A stretch of 64,000 bases of DNA, from NCBI GenBank assembly GCA_903894565.1, contig CAITQP010000007.1:28213-92212 (forward strand), in the 5' to 3' direction. Below, in pieces: positions 18,248-28,030 of the stretch. The notes under the pieces are model-generated. The model was not told where the DNA came from, made no database searches, and saw only the letters and a list, made by a program, of their open reading frames with translations. The stretch comes from an uncultured bacterium. Its GTDB lineage: Bacteria; Patescibacteriota; Minisyncoccia; Phycocordibacterales; UBA9973. Position 1 is the first letter of the stretch. Every line of letters begins with the position of its first letter. Made by a program: the position numbers and the translations under genes.

Positions 18248-19369
18248 TTATTTCTTAATCCCAAGAAGAGGCAGGACCGCGCCCTCGCCGCCGTTATCAC
18301 CAACAAGGGCATTCCCTGATCCATCCTTGTTAATTGAATACATCAGATGCTCTCCGAAATCTCCACCCTTTGAGGAATCGATACTCTCATATGCCAACTT
18401 GTCGCTTGATAGCCAAGCAATCGGCTGAACTATCACCTTTCCGTTCTGCGAAAGCATCTTAGATGTTTGCAGGCTAGCAATATCAGCAAGGTAAATGCCT
18501 CCCGTTGTACTGTTCGCAAAACTGTAAGCAAGGTTTTTTCCATCTGGCGACCAAATGAGATTTACGTAAGAATCCGTATTGCTCTGGATAACAGTCTGGT
18601 TAGAAGAGCTATCGAGGTTAGTAATCCCAATAGTGTACGGAGACTTCCAGTCGGTATAATACTCGCCCGGAACAAATGTAATGTATGCTACTTTGCTTTT
18701 ATCAGGAGAGAACGTGACGTTATTGATGCTGACGACATTTGGAACGGCAGTCTTTTCGATAGCGCCGCTTGTCATATTGATTGCAATCATGCCTCCGGAA
18801 GTCGCTCCATGATCACGCCCGGGGAGAACAAGAACATACATTTCTGAACTATCAGCCGACCATGCGACAGGCTTCAGCGGGAATAGTCCGTACTGCGTCA
18901 GAGAATATTTCCCCGTCAGATCTGCGATCATTTTTTGATCAGTGCCGTCATTATTAACTGTCCATAATTGGATAGAGGGATTGGGATTAAAGGTATTCGG
19001 AGCTTTTGAAAGAAATTGGGTATTCTTGAAATATGCGATCCGCTTTCCATCTGTAGAAATAGAAGGATAGGTGTAATCGCCGTCAGCTGGAAGATTGGCA
19101 ACTTTTTTTGGATCCTGACCATTTCCAACGATTGACAAGACACCGTCTTTTATTACGGCGAATTCTCCAGCGTCAGAGTAAGTAGTGTACCCCGCATAGA
19201 ACCCGCTATTTACGGAAAAAGGCGTAACACTTTTTGAAGAAGGCGTTTTTTCTGATGTTGAAGGCAAGTCCTGAACGGAGTCTTTTTGAGCATGCTTAAG
19301 AACGAAAGCATACATGGCAAGTGCTACGACTAAAACAGCGAGAATTCCTATAACGATATTCTTTTTCAT
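18248..19369 (-). CDS. membrane-anchored PD40/TolB-like beta-propeller protein
   Basis: N-terminal transmembrane helix. Repeated PD40 signatures SPDGKRIAY, SPDKSKVAY and SPDGKNLAY. Confidence 0.6.
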   Translation of the reverse strand: MKKNIVIGILAVLVVALAMYAFVLKHAQKDSVQDLPSTSEKTPSSKSVTPFSVNSGFYAGYTTYSDAGEFAVIKDGVLSIVGNGQDPKKVANLPADGDYTYPSISTDGKRIAYFKNTQFLSKAPNTFNPNPSIQLWTVNNDGTDQKMIADLTGKYSLTQYGLFPLKPVAWSADSSEMYVLVLPGRDHGATSGGMIAINMTSGAIEKTAVPNVVSINNVTFSPDKSKVAYITFVPGEYYTDWKSPYTIGITNLDSSSNQTVIQSNTDSYVNLIWSPDGKNLAYSFANSTTGGIYLADIASLQTSKMLSQNGKVIVQPIAWLSSDKLAYESIDSSKGGDFGEHLMYSINKDGSGNALVGDNGGEGAVLPLLGIKK

Positions 19370-19407
19370 ATAACTAAATTTTATCACACATCATGCTTAA
19401 AATCTCC

Positions 19408-19581
19408 AAACACCCGGCCTGGATTCGAACCAACTCAATTAGCAAAAATACCTTCGCACTAGAAGGTATTTTTGCTAATCCACGCACATTTTGAATTTTT
19501 GACGCTTCTCGGTCTATAACCAACATTTCCTAAAATACGTTGGTAATTAAGGCCTTTCGGTCGGTCTCACTGTTTTGCTGC
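19408..19581. repeat. direct repeat copy B (~174 bp) containing tRNA-Gln-like T-arm fragment and AT-rich hairpin
   Basis: CCTGGATTCGAACCAA (19418-19433) is identical to 16 nt of the tRNA-Gln 3' half at 31886-31901. Hairpin AGCAAAAATACCTT-N10-AAGGTATTTTTGC at 19441-19476. Confidence 0.6.
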
Positions 19582-19712
19582 GGGGACTAGACCAAGTTAG
19601 AACCGCACTAATGACAATTTCGGACCTAAATCGATTCGCAATTGTGGCAAAATGGCAGACAATTATTTAATTAAAACGCCATTCTTGAGCTAACGTATTT
19701 TGAGGAATTTAC

Positions 19713-19740
19713 TTGACAAAGTATATATATTGTGTATAAT
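19713..19740 (+). promoter_or_regulatory. sigma70-type promoter TTGACA-N16-TATAAT
   Basis: TTGACA at 19713-19718, a 16-nt spacer, and TATAAT at 19735-19740, about 110 nt upstream of the ORF at 19851. Confidence 0.4.
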
Positions 19741-19850
19741 ACATACCGTTCATTGAACTATAGCGGGAATGGAGAAGTCCGCAGAAAGCCATCAAGGAAA
19801 CAATTGATCTCGGTCGCACTGACGTACAGGGCACAAACGCACATTTACAA

Positions 19851-20360
19851 ATGAAAAGCGTTAAACTAACACTCACAAAGCTTGGCATCGCCGCTTGTGA
19901 AAGAATGTTCAAACCAGGCATCGAAACAATCGAATTGCCAGGAATCGGAGAAATGAAGGTGGTGACAATCCTCACGCACGAGGATGAAGCCATTGACGTA
20001 ATGAGGCTCGAAGCAGAGCTACACCCAACCAGTTCTCGTGGCTGGATCAAGCAATGCCTCATGTGGGGAGTGAAGCTTGGACAGGAAGTTCTCCCAGAAT
20101 CAAATAATGGAGAGAGCATCATGAGCCTCATCGTCCGCACATTGGTCGCCCTCGACACCGAACATGTGCCGTGTAATTTTATCCTCATGCGGTCGCACGT
20201 CCGTGATGAGGGTGCCGTACAGCACAGGAGTGATTGTTACTACAACTATCACATCGCCCAGCCACAGCAGGAATTGATTGCCGTCGCCGTGCGGAACGCA
20301 AAAATCGCGGGGCATCACCCAGACCATGCGCTCATGCTGATACCTGGCGCACTTAGTTAA
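19851..20360 (+). CDS. hypothetical protein (169 aa)
   Basis: Preferred over the overlapping antisense ORF 19709..20188, which is low-complexity. A strong upstream promoter is present. Confidence 0.4.
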   Translation: MKSVKLTLTKLGIAACERMFKPGIETIELPGIGEMKVVTILTHEDEAIDVMRLEAELHPTSSRGWIKQCLMWGVKLGQEVLPESNNGESIMSLIVRTLVALDTEHVPCNFILMRSHVRDEGAVQHRSDCYYNYHIAQPQQELIAVAVRNAKIAGHHPDHALMLIPGALS

Positions 20361-20479
20361 AGAAAACAAATTGAAGTAACAGCCGTCCATCACAAGTGGG
20401 CGGCTTTATTTTTTATAGAATAAAAAAGAGGCTCTCAAAAAATGAAAGCCTCATAAAAATCTGTTTTGCACAATAGAAA

Positions 20480-21019
20480 TCAGGCAGTTGCCTTTTTAAA
20501 GATAAACCTCTCATGAATGGGAATCTTGTGCTTTATTCCGTCTGGCTCAAACAGTTTCAAAATCTCGGATTCAAGAATCCCTCCGAATGTCTCAACGGGG
20601 TAGCCTGCGTCCTCGACCAGTTGCCCGAACTGTATCTTTTTCTTCCGCACTGGAAGGTCTTTTCGGTGAACACCGAAAATAATTTCCCGTATGCCAGTCT
20701 GAAAAATGACAGAACTGCACATTTGGCAGGGTTCGGCAGTCGTGTAAATTGTGCATCCTTCGAGACGCTCACTGCGCTGTTCCTTGCACGCCTTGCGTAT
20801 CGCCACGATCTCAGCGTGATTGGTCGGGTCACAGGTATGCTTGTCTTTGGCATGACCCCTACCGATGACTTCGCCATTTCGCACGACGACCGCACCGATG
20901 GGAAGCTGATTTTTCTTTACTTTCTTGGCTTGCTTGATCGCCTCACGCATGAAATGCTCATCATACGGATTGTTCGCCCCGTGATTTGCTGGAGGGGGGG
21001 GTAACTCTTTTCTAACCAT
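20480..21019 (-). CDS. CDA-fold nucleoside/nucleotide deaminase (TadA-like) with ~50-aa C-terminal extension
   Basis: Zinc-binding motifs HAEIVAI and PCQMC. N-terminal DEHFMREAIKQAKK aligns with TadA. Confidence 0.7.
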   Translation of the reverse strand: MVRKELPPPPANHGANNPYDEHFMREAIKQAKKVKKNQLPIGAVVVRNGEVIGRGHAKDKHTCDPTNHAEIVAIRKACKEQRSERLEGCTIYTTAEPCQMCSSVIFQTGIREIIFGVHRKDLPVRKKKIQFGQLVEDAGYPVETFGGILESEILKLFEPDGIKHKIPIHERFIFKKATA

Positions 21020-21207
21020 GTCTATATTTTTTAGTGGGTTACCTGAAACTCCGAAAGCCAGAGGCTCGGGTAACCCACGAAAATCCTGTCAAAGAGCGAT
21101 GTATAATTTTACATTAACACGAATTGCATTTTTTGACAATCAAACTAAATCGTGTTATTTTTAAACCGAAAAAGCAAATTCATCACAATTCAAAAATATG
21201 ATCAATC

Positions 21208-22044
21208 ATGCAAACAGAAACACTTACTCGCCCAAAGAGCGAAGTCATGAAAGAGCTTCGCTCGGCACTCATAGCCGCATTTGAAATCATTGGCTACAAG
21301 AATTTCGTACACTACAGAATATCCAAGGAAAATCACCTCACATCGTATTTCGACATCACCATCTTGGGCGATGAGAATGCGGACAAGAGGAAGCTGAAAT
21401 GGGATGCCCTGCTGGATTCTATTATCAGGGAGTTCGAGACGGAAGCGAACTTCAAGGTGCTGGACGACCAGAACGAGCAGATCCGCTTGTGGGTCGGACA
21501 GGAATGCGAACTGCGCCAGAGCCAGCCGAAGAAAGAGATCGTCATCGCGGTTGAAGAAATTGTCGAGGAAGTGATTGAACAGTTGTCATTTTTTTCTCCA
21601 CTGATTCCCGTCAAAAAGGAAGAGAAGCCGAAACCCGTGCCCGTCGCACAAGCACCCAAAGCAAAGGTCATGGTCAAGCCGAGCATGTTTCTCAAATCAC
21701 ACAAGAAAGGCAAGGCGATCTACGACAAGAGGATTCTGGCGGACATGTACATGACAATCTATATGTCACTACAGAAAGAAGCCAAGCTGAAACTTGGAAG
21801 CGACTTCAGCCTGAGCAATCCCGATGGCTCGTCGCTTGAGCTAAAGTTCGTCCCGAGCCAGAGCAACGCTGGGCTGTCTGTCGCAGAGAGAGTTTCAAGA
21901 GCGCGCACGCATTTTGAGACCAAGTTCAACAACGATACGACCAATCCTTATTTTCCCATTACGCTCGGCAAGGATTCCGTGCATGAGGAGATTATCGTTT
22001 TGAACGTCGCCGAGGAATATCACAGGCGATGCGAGACAAAGTAA
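21208..22044 (+). CDS. hypothetical protein (278 aa)
   Basis: ORF in a region that looks GC-richer than the flanks by eye, followed by a terminator. No recognisable domain. Confidence 0.5.
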   Translation: MQTETLTRPKSEVMKELRSALIAAFEIIGYKNFVHYRISKENHLTSYFDITILGDENADKRKLKWDALLDSIIREFETEANFKVLDDQNEQIRLWVGQECELRQSQPKKEIVIAVEEIVEEVIEQLSFFSPLIPVKKEEKPKPVPVAQAPKAKVMVKPSMFLKSHKKGKAIYDKRILADMYMTIYMSLQKEAKLKLGSDFSLSNPDGSSLELKFVPSQSNAGLSVAERVSRARTHFETKFNNDTTNPYFPITLGKDSVHEEIIVLNVAEEYHRRCETK

Positions 22045-22059
22045 TTGCATTTTTATTTT

Positions 22060-22097
22060 AGGGCTACCCGCTGAACGCTGGTAGCCCTATTTTTTTC
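22060..22097 (+). terminator. rho-independent terminator
   Basis: AGGGCTACC ... GGTAGCCCT hairpin followed by ATTTTTTT. Confidence 0.5.
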
Positions 22098-22129
22098 TAA
22101 AAATAAGAATCGGTGCGTTCTCAAAGAAA

Positions 22130-24475
22130 TCAGAATGAATCTTTCAAAGAATCCCAGCCAGTAAATGAGTCTGAATGCGAATATTTTTCATTAGTGTTAA
22201 TCTTCCATCCATTCGGACCGTCCTGCACAGCTATACCTCCATCAAAACCTTTTTTGCTTTTGAGCCATACCCGAAGTGCTTCCGCTTTGTAGGTCGTGTC
22301 CGGCATCTCGGCTGTCGAGCCCTTCTTGGTGTCAATGACCCAAACCGCGCTTTTCGTCTTTACGATCCAGTCAGGATAAAAGAGCTTCTCCTTGTTCTCG
22401 TCGGGATTGAAATACGAGATCGAGAAGTATTCACTTCCGGCGTCGCCGTTCTTGTACCACCAAAGAACACTCTTGTGTGCTTCGAGGAATGAGATGAACT
22501 CCTTTTCGTTATCTTCGCCTTTATATTCCTTTTCGATGTAGAACGGCTGTAGCGCCGATTTTTCGGCTTTGATCTTTGCCTCCTTGGCTGTGTGGTAGGC
22601 ATCAGTGAAAAAGAGCGTCTGGCGCGGGATTTCAATCGTCTCCGTGCGCTTGGACCGCTCGGATTTTTTGTTCACCTCGCGCTCGCGGATCGGGCGATAG
22701 GTGGCTAGGGCGTCGCCGACGACGGGAGCAAGGACGCTCGCCGGATTGAGCAGATCGGCCACCACGATCCGGTAGATCGTCTGGCGCGTTTCGCCGATCC
22801 GGTTCAGGAGCCAAACATTTAGAGCCGTCTTCAGCTTGCCCCAGGAACGTTCGGGAGCGAACTTCTTATTCTCGTCCACTTGCTTGGAGATAAGCGCAAA
22901 GCATCGGAGATTATAGAGACGTTCAAGGTCGTACTGTGACATCTCCTGATCGTGCTCGCTTCCCTCGGAGAGAAGCTCCCTGGTGAAGTTGTCATAGTCG
23001 TCGATTTCAACGCCAACAATGATACCGTTGGTCACTATCGGTTCTGGCTCAAGGTTCTTGGCGGCGAGCTTTTTGAGGGCCACTTGCTTGCTATCATTTT
23101 TGGAGATGCCGAAGTATTTATCGGCCGCTTTGGAGAACGTCTCTTGAAAGCTGTCACCAAGGTCATTGTAGTCTGTGCGGCTCATGAAGATTGACTCAAG
23201 CTCGACCGGCTCGACGTCCTCCCTGCGGTGGCTCGGGAAAATAGCCGGACGATTATCGGACTTTGATTTGGCATATTCCGCGAGAACTTCGTTGCGCTTG
23301 TAGTTCGTGTAGAGATAGCCCACGTTCAGCTCCGGCCGCGCGAAATGGACACCGAGCGGCATACGGAGGATACGTCCGACCGTCTGGATGGCGAACGTCG
23401 GGTTCTTGATCTCACGAAACATGACGAGCACTCCCGCGCGTGGGCAATCCCATCCAGTCGCGGCGGCTTGCTTGAACAGGAGGAATGACTTGGGCGAGTT
23501 ATTTTTCTCGATGTCCTGTAAATTAACCTTGTCATCCGAGAGCCAAACGGCGATTTCGTCTTCGAGAACGCCTTTCTGCTTCAAGAAGTTGAGAACTATA
23601 TTCTGTTTGTTGACTGTAGCCGTGTCCTTGCTGGCCTGGTCGTCATTCGGAAGCTGTATAAGGACGAGCGGATTGATGTCTTTGCCGAGCGATTTGTAGT
23701 GTACGGCAAGCTCGCGCCGCTTGTCGAAAGCGAGGGCAAGGAGGATGTCGTCCTGGTCCATGCTCTTGAACTCCTTACGATTAAGGTCTTCTTCTGTCTG
23801 AAAAATGATTTTCTCTTTAATAAGTCCTGCCTCCACGACGTCGTCCCGCTTGGCCTGGACGAAGCCACCGCGCCGCTCGCCAATCTCCTCGGCGTTCGGG
23901 ATATACTTCGGCGTAGCCGAGACGCGGATCGTGATTTTCGGCTGAATGAGGCCGTCCACGATCTCCATGGCAAGGTCCGTGTCGGACCCGATGTGTTCCT
24001 CGTCGATGATAACCACGAGCTTGCGTCCGTCCTCGTGAGTACGGTTGATGACGTTGTCGAACGTGAAGCCCCACTCGTTCTCTTTGCGGAGCTTGCGACT
24101 CTCTTTGCTCTTGCCTTTAATCTTCTGCCAGTTGATGAAAAAGACCGAGTTCTTTGAAAGCTTGCCTCGTGTCAGATCGTTGAGATCAAGCAGGTCGAGT
24201 TCGGATGCGCCGCCGTAGTATTCAAAGAGTTTGTTCTTGCTCTGGACATACGAGTCCTCGCTGAACGTAAGCCAAAGAAAGGCAACATCGTTTCCCTGGA
24301 AGCGCGGATCGCCGACAAGGTCCCGAAGGAACTGCGCGATCATGATCGTTTTGCCCGAGCCGGTAGGCGATTTGAAAACGAGCGGGATGTTCTGGTGCGG
24401 CGATTTCCAGAGCGAAAGGAATTCATCCTTGAGCTTCGCTACGGTCGTTTCTTGGAATGGTTTGAGTGCAAACAT
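22130..24475 (-). CDS. res: Type III restriction-modification system restriction subunit (Res)
   Basis: Helicase motif I SPTGSGKTIM and motif II IIDEEH. C-terminal PD-(D/E)xK (YPDWIVKTKSAVWVIDTKKG). The ATG at 24475 directly follows the mod stop codon (TAATATG). Confidence 0.8.
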   Translation of the reverse strand: MFALKPFQETTVAKLKDEFLSLWKSPHQNIPLVFKSPTGSGKTIMIAQFLRDLVGDPRFQGNDVAFLWLTFSEDSYVQSKNKLFEYYGGASELDLLDLNDLTRGKLSKNSVFFINWQKIKGKSKESRKLRKENEWGFTFDNVINRTHEDGRKLVVIIDEEHIGSDTDLAMEIVDGLIQPKITIRVSATPKYIPNAEEIGERRGGFVQAKRDDVVEAGLIKEKIIFQTEEDLNRKEFKSMDQDDILLALAFDKRRELAVHYKSLGKDINPLVLIQLPNDDQASKDTATVNKQNIVLNFLKQKGVLEDEIAVWLSDDKVNLQDIEKNNSPKSFLLFKQAAATGWDCPRAGVLVMFREIKNPTFAIQTVGRILRMPLGVHFARPELNVGYLYTNYKRNEVLAEYAKSKSDNRPAIFPSHRREDVEPVELESIFMSRTDYNDLGDSFQETFSKAADKYFGISKNDSKQVALKKLAAKNLEPEPIVTNGIIVGVEIDDYDNFTRELLSEGSEHDQEMSQYDLERLYNLRCFALISKQVDENKKFAPERSWGKLKTALNVWLLNRIGETRQTIYRIVVADLLNPASVLAPVVGDALATYRPIREREVNKKSERSKRTETIEIPRQTLFFTDAYHTAKEAKIKAEKSALQPFYIEKEYKGEDNEKEFISFLEAHKSVLWWYKNGDAGSEYFSISYFNPDENKEKLFYPDWIVKTKSAVWVIDTKKGSTAEMPDTTYKAEALRVWLKSKKGFDGGIAVQDGPNGWKINTNEKYSHSDSFTGWDSLKDSF

Positions 24476-24476
24476 A

Positions 24477-26216
24477 TTAGAGTCGGTTAATTTCCTTGTA
24501 AACCTCAATGATCGGCTCGGGAATATCCTCGACTCGGATATGGTCTGTTGAGTACTCGTTTTTGTATTCGTTCTTACCCCAACTGAAAGCGTAAAGGACG
24601 ACAGGGGTGTTCTTCTTTTCGAGCAATTTTATGAGTTCGGGAAGCTTGGTTTTGTCCTCCTTGAAGTAGATGGCGGTCAGCTTGCCGTTGCCCTCGAAAA
24701 TCTGCCACCAATCGGTACGCTCGATTTCGCTGAGCGTATCCTCACGGAGTGCGATCATCTCTCCGGCTTGATGGGATATTTTAACCCTTGCTTCGTCCGA
24801 AATTTTCTGGAGCTTGTCGATGTTCACGAGATCGGTCTTGTAGTACGAGAGATTGCCGCCGAGACCGGAAACGGCCTCGCCCTTCTTGTTCTTGTAGCCT
24901 TTCATGACGCGCTTGATGCGTTCGTAGGTCACTTCCTCGCAAATCTTGTTCTCGTTATTGGTACAAAGAATGAAGCGACGGTTGCCGCCGTCTTGCTTGT
25001 TGAGTTCGAGAACTGCGTGGCCGGTCGTGCCCGAACCGGCGAAAAAGTCAAGGACCGTGGCGTTTTTATCTTCCGACAAAACAAGTATCGAGTCTATAAG
25101 CGCATGAAGTGATTTCGGGTAGTCAAACTTTTTTTCTCCAAGTAGAGATGTTAGTAAGTTCGCACCCATTGATGAGGCAGAGTAATCGGGCTTATCCCAA
25201 ATCGTATAAGGCAACATCCATTCATCACGCATTCTGCCTTTGTAGTAGACCGAGGGATTTTTGTCTTTGTCTAAACGAACGCCCATCTCGGTATTTTTTA
25301 CCGCTTCAACAGTATCGATTGACCATTTCCACGTTCTCTCGCGCCCGTTCGGGTCTACAGGGATTGAAATTACTTCGGAAGCATTAGGCTTTTCTAAAAG
25401 GTCATAAGATTGCCTCTCCGTATTCCATTTTAATTTTGGTATCCGAAAGCCCGAGCAATCCTTCTTTACGAAGATAGGATACTTCATTCTTGGTGACTCA
25501 GTACTGTATTGAGCGCGGAAGTTTCTCCACTCAAACGGACCATTAGCATCGGATTGTTTATAGCGATCGATCTGTTCCTGAGTTCTTGGAAGCCTACCAA
25601 TTTTTGCTTTCGACGAACGACCGTAAAAAAGTGCATACTCGTGAGAAACCTGAAAACCAGAAACACTAGAGCGTCCTTGCGGATTGTTTTTTATTACAAC
25701 TGTCCCAAGATGATTTTCTTCTCCAAATATTTCATTCATCAAAAGCGTCAAGGTGGCAATCTCGTAATCGTCGATGGTTACGAGAATTATTCCTTCATCT
25801 TTTAAGAGCGAACGTGCCAGGCGTAATCGCTTTTCCATAAAGCTAAGCCATTTACTGTGACGAAAAGCGTCGTTGCCATCGACGTAGTCATTGTTATAAA
25901 TCCAGTTTTTTGCTCCTGTGTTGTATGGCGGATCAGCGTATATTGCATCAACTTTTCCTGAATGAGTATAGTTTAAAACTGAAAGCGAATGATAATTGTC
26001 TCCCTCTATTAAAATGTTTTTCGGTAAGCAATCATTATTGACGATTTTCCTACTCTGGACCTCCTTCAAAAGTGGCACGTTCTCCGCGCATTGCAAAACA
26101 ACATCCTCCGGTTTGTGTTCCCAAACCAAGCCGTATTTTTTCTGGTTCTTTAATTTTTTGATCTCGGATTGTAAATCGGAGATGCGAGCCAGTAGCTCTT
26201 TTGTATTTTCTGACAT
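24477..26216 (-). CDS. mod: Type III restriction-modification system N6-adenine methyltransferase (Mod)
   Basis: DPPY motif (YADPPYNTG) and SAM-binding FFAGSGTTGHAV. Sits immediately upstream of res on the same strand. Confidence 0.8.
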   Translation of the reverse strand: MSENTKELLARISDLQSEIKKLKNQKKYGLVWEHKPEDVVLQCAENVPLLKEVQSRKIVNNDCLPKNILIEGDNYHSLSVLNYTHSGKVDAIYADPPYNTGAKNWIYNNDYVDGNDAFRHSKWLSFMEKRLRLARSLLKDEGIILVTIDDYEIATLTLLMNEIFGEENHLGTVVIKNNPQGRSSVSGFQVSHEYALFYGRSSKAKIGRLPRTQEQIDRYKQSDANGPFEWRNFRAQYSTESPRMKYPIFVKKDCSGFRIPKLKWNTERQSYDLLEKPNASEVISIPVDPNGRERTWKWSIDTVEAVKNTEMGVRLDKDKNPSVYYKGRMRDEWMLPYTIWDKPDYSASSMGANLLTSLLGEKKFDYPKSLHALIDSILVLSEDKNATVLDFFAGSGTTGHAVLELNKQDGGNRRFILCTNNENKICEEVTYERIKRVMKGYKNKKGEAVSGLGGNLSYYKTDLVNIDKLQKISDEARVKISHQAGEMIALREDTLSEIERTDWWQIFEGNGKLTAIYFKEDKTKLPELIKLLEKKNTPVVLYAFSWGKNEYKNEYSTDHIRVEDIPEPIIEVYKEINRL

Positions 26217-26475
26217 AGGCGATACTATGTCAGGCGGTTCTTATTGAAATTGAAGCTCAAAAAGGGGGACGCCTGATGATCGCCACATAGTACATAGGCC
26301 GAGGCCGTCGCTCATGTGCATCAGGTGTTGCCCCCTTGTTGCTCACGAACGACAGCCCGGCCCCTTTTGAAGGGCTTGGTCCAATACTATGTGGCGATAA
26401 GTATAGCTTAACAGAAAAACCAATTTTTTACACTAAACGTGGTAAAATGACTATTCATAAAACAAAAAAAACGCC

Positions 26476-27846
26476 ATGAATGATTATCAGCCCGAATGGA
26501 AAATCTACCTTTGGAGAAAAATGCTTGTCGGACACAGCGATGAGACCGTTCTTCACTCTATTCGAGATTTTATCTATTTTGACGAGTCCGAGCAGAGGGA
26601 TTTGATGCTCAAAGAAGCTCAAGGTTCAATCGATGCGATCAATACGTCATACACCAAAGCAATCAGCACCAAAACACCAATGGAAGTCGATAGCGGCGAC
26701 GCTCTCAGCCACACTGAACGTTTTTATAATTCCAATGTCGAGAACGCATTTTTAGGTTTGCTCGGGTTGAACAGTGAGACTCCGGCGGGGCTCACTTTGA
26801 GTGAACTATATATTACGCCCAAATATATCGAAAAATATCAGCAAGATGTCCGACGACGCGCCGCACAGGAAGAAAAGAAAAGGATCGCATCGATCAGTGG
26901 CGGGCACGCATACCGAAGCGAGAAAGCTGACGCGTATTTGAGAGATAAATTTTGCGGGTTGGGTTCAACCATTTTCAATAAGGTCCAAAACTCTCAATTT
27001 TTGACGATTACCGATCTGGTGACTCTGATGCAAATTAACGACCCTCTGATATGGCAAAATCTCACGTTCAAAATTGAAATCCACGAAACCGCCCTCCGAA
27101 AAATCTTATCGGACTACCTCGACGAGTTTCGGACTGGCGACCTACTCGGCGCTCCGAAGATGCGATATTTCAGCTATCCCAAGCAACGGGAAAAATTGAT
27201 AGAGGCGATCAAAGTCCTAACTGAAAAATACGACTCAAAAAATCTTCGGGTTACATTTGAAGAATTGGCCAGAGCGGGAGGATGGTACTTGAAGGATGAA
27301 AATCATTTTCGTTTCTACGAGACGATGTTCTCGCTTGAAAAAGAGAATGTGATAAAAATCATTGACTTGGTCAAAGAGGAAATAATTATCTCCCTCACCC
27401 GAGATTTCATGATGGATCAGCAAGCCATCGATGAAGGCAATCACCCTTTCAGTGGGACCGCTGCCGAAACTGCGTACTTCCTTGATTTTGATCCAAAAAC
27501 GAGAGAGCTTGTTCTTAACAAGGAGTACATTCTCTCTACTCCTAATTTTTCCAGCGAGAACCACAATTTCATCGAGTATGTTTTTGCGCGGCCAAACGAA
27601 AAAATCACCAAGGAGGAAATAGAGACTGCGATAAAAAAATCTCTGGGAAAGAGCTTTCATCAAATCCTAAACGACCTTGGTTTCAAGGGCGAATTGAGGA
27701 AAATGTTTTTTCCGAGCGTTTCAAAAGACGGCATCATTTTTGAAAACAGCATTTCATATAAAGATTTTGAGGATCGAAAGATTGATACTAAAAAATTAGC
27801 TTTGGATATAAAAAAATTACACAAATTAAGAAGTAGTAAGAAATAG
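26476..27846 (+). CDS. hypothetical protein (456 aa)
   Basis: Long ORF with no recognisable motif. First gene of a plus-strand block that ends with the integrase and recombinase. Confidence 0.5.
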   Translation: MNDYQPEWKIYLWRKMLVGHSDETVLHSIRDFIYFDESEQRDLMLKEAQGSIDAINTSYTKAISTKTPMEVDSGDALSHTERFYNSNVENAFLGLLGLNSETPAGLTLSELYITPKYIEKYQQDVRRRAAQEEKKRIASISGGHAYRSEKADAYLRDKFCGLGSTIFNKVQNSQFLTITDLVTLMQINDPLIWQNLTFKIEIHETALRKILSDYLDEFRTGDLLGAPKMRYFSYPKQREKLIEAIKVLTEKYDSKNLRVTFEELARAGGWYLKDENHFRFYETMFSLEKENVIKIIDLVKEEIIISLTRDFMMDQQAIDEGNHPFSGTAAETAYFLDFDPKTRELVLNKEYILSTPNFSSENHNFIEYVFARPNEKITKEEIETAIKKSLGKSFHQILNDLGFKGELRKMFFPSVSKDGIIFENSISYKDFEDRKIDTKKLALDIKKLHKLRSSKK

Positions 27847-28030
27847 TCAGAAAGACATTGAACTAACAAGATAACGGCTATGGAATAGTGGCGACATGGG
27901 ATGCTCAAATTGAGCTCCTTTTTGTTTTGCTCAACTAAATGCCATGGAAAAAATCCGAGCAGGTTCTCTGTTTGCTTGGTCTGTCTGTTCATGGCGTTCG
28001 GACGGATCAAGCAAAGAGTGAGCCTGCACT

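Noticed and set aside
19709-20188. 159-aa ORF on the minus strand overlapping the 19851..20360 plus-strand ORF
   Set aside because: Low-complexity, Ser/Cys-rich translation with no start context. A strong TTGACA-N16-TATAAT promoter at 19713-19740 points in the plus direction, and the plus-strand product looks more protein-like.
22130-24508. Longer res start at 24508 (MRFTRKL...)
   Set aside because: That start lies inside the mod coding region. The ATG at 24475 immediately follows the mod stop (TAATATG), which fits translational coupling, and removes the overlap.
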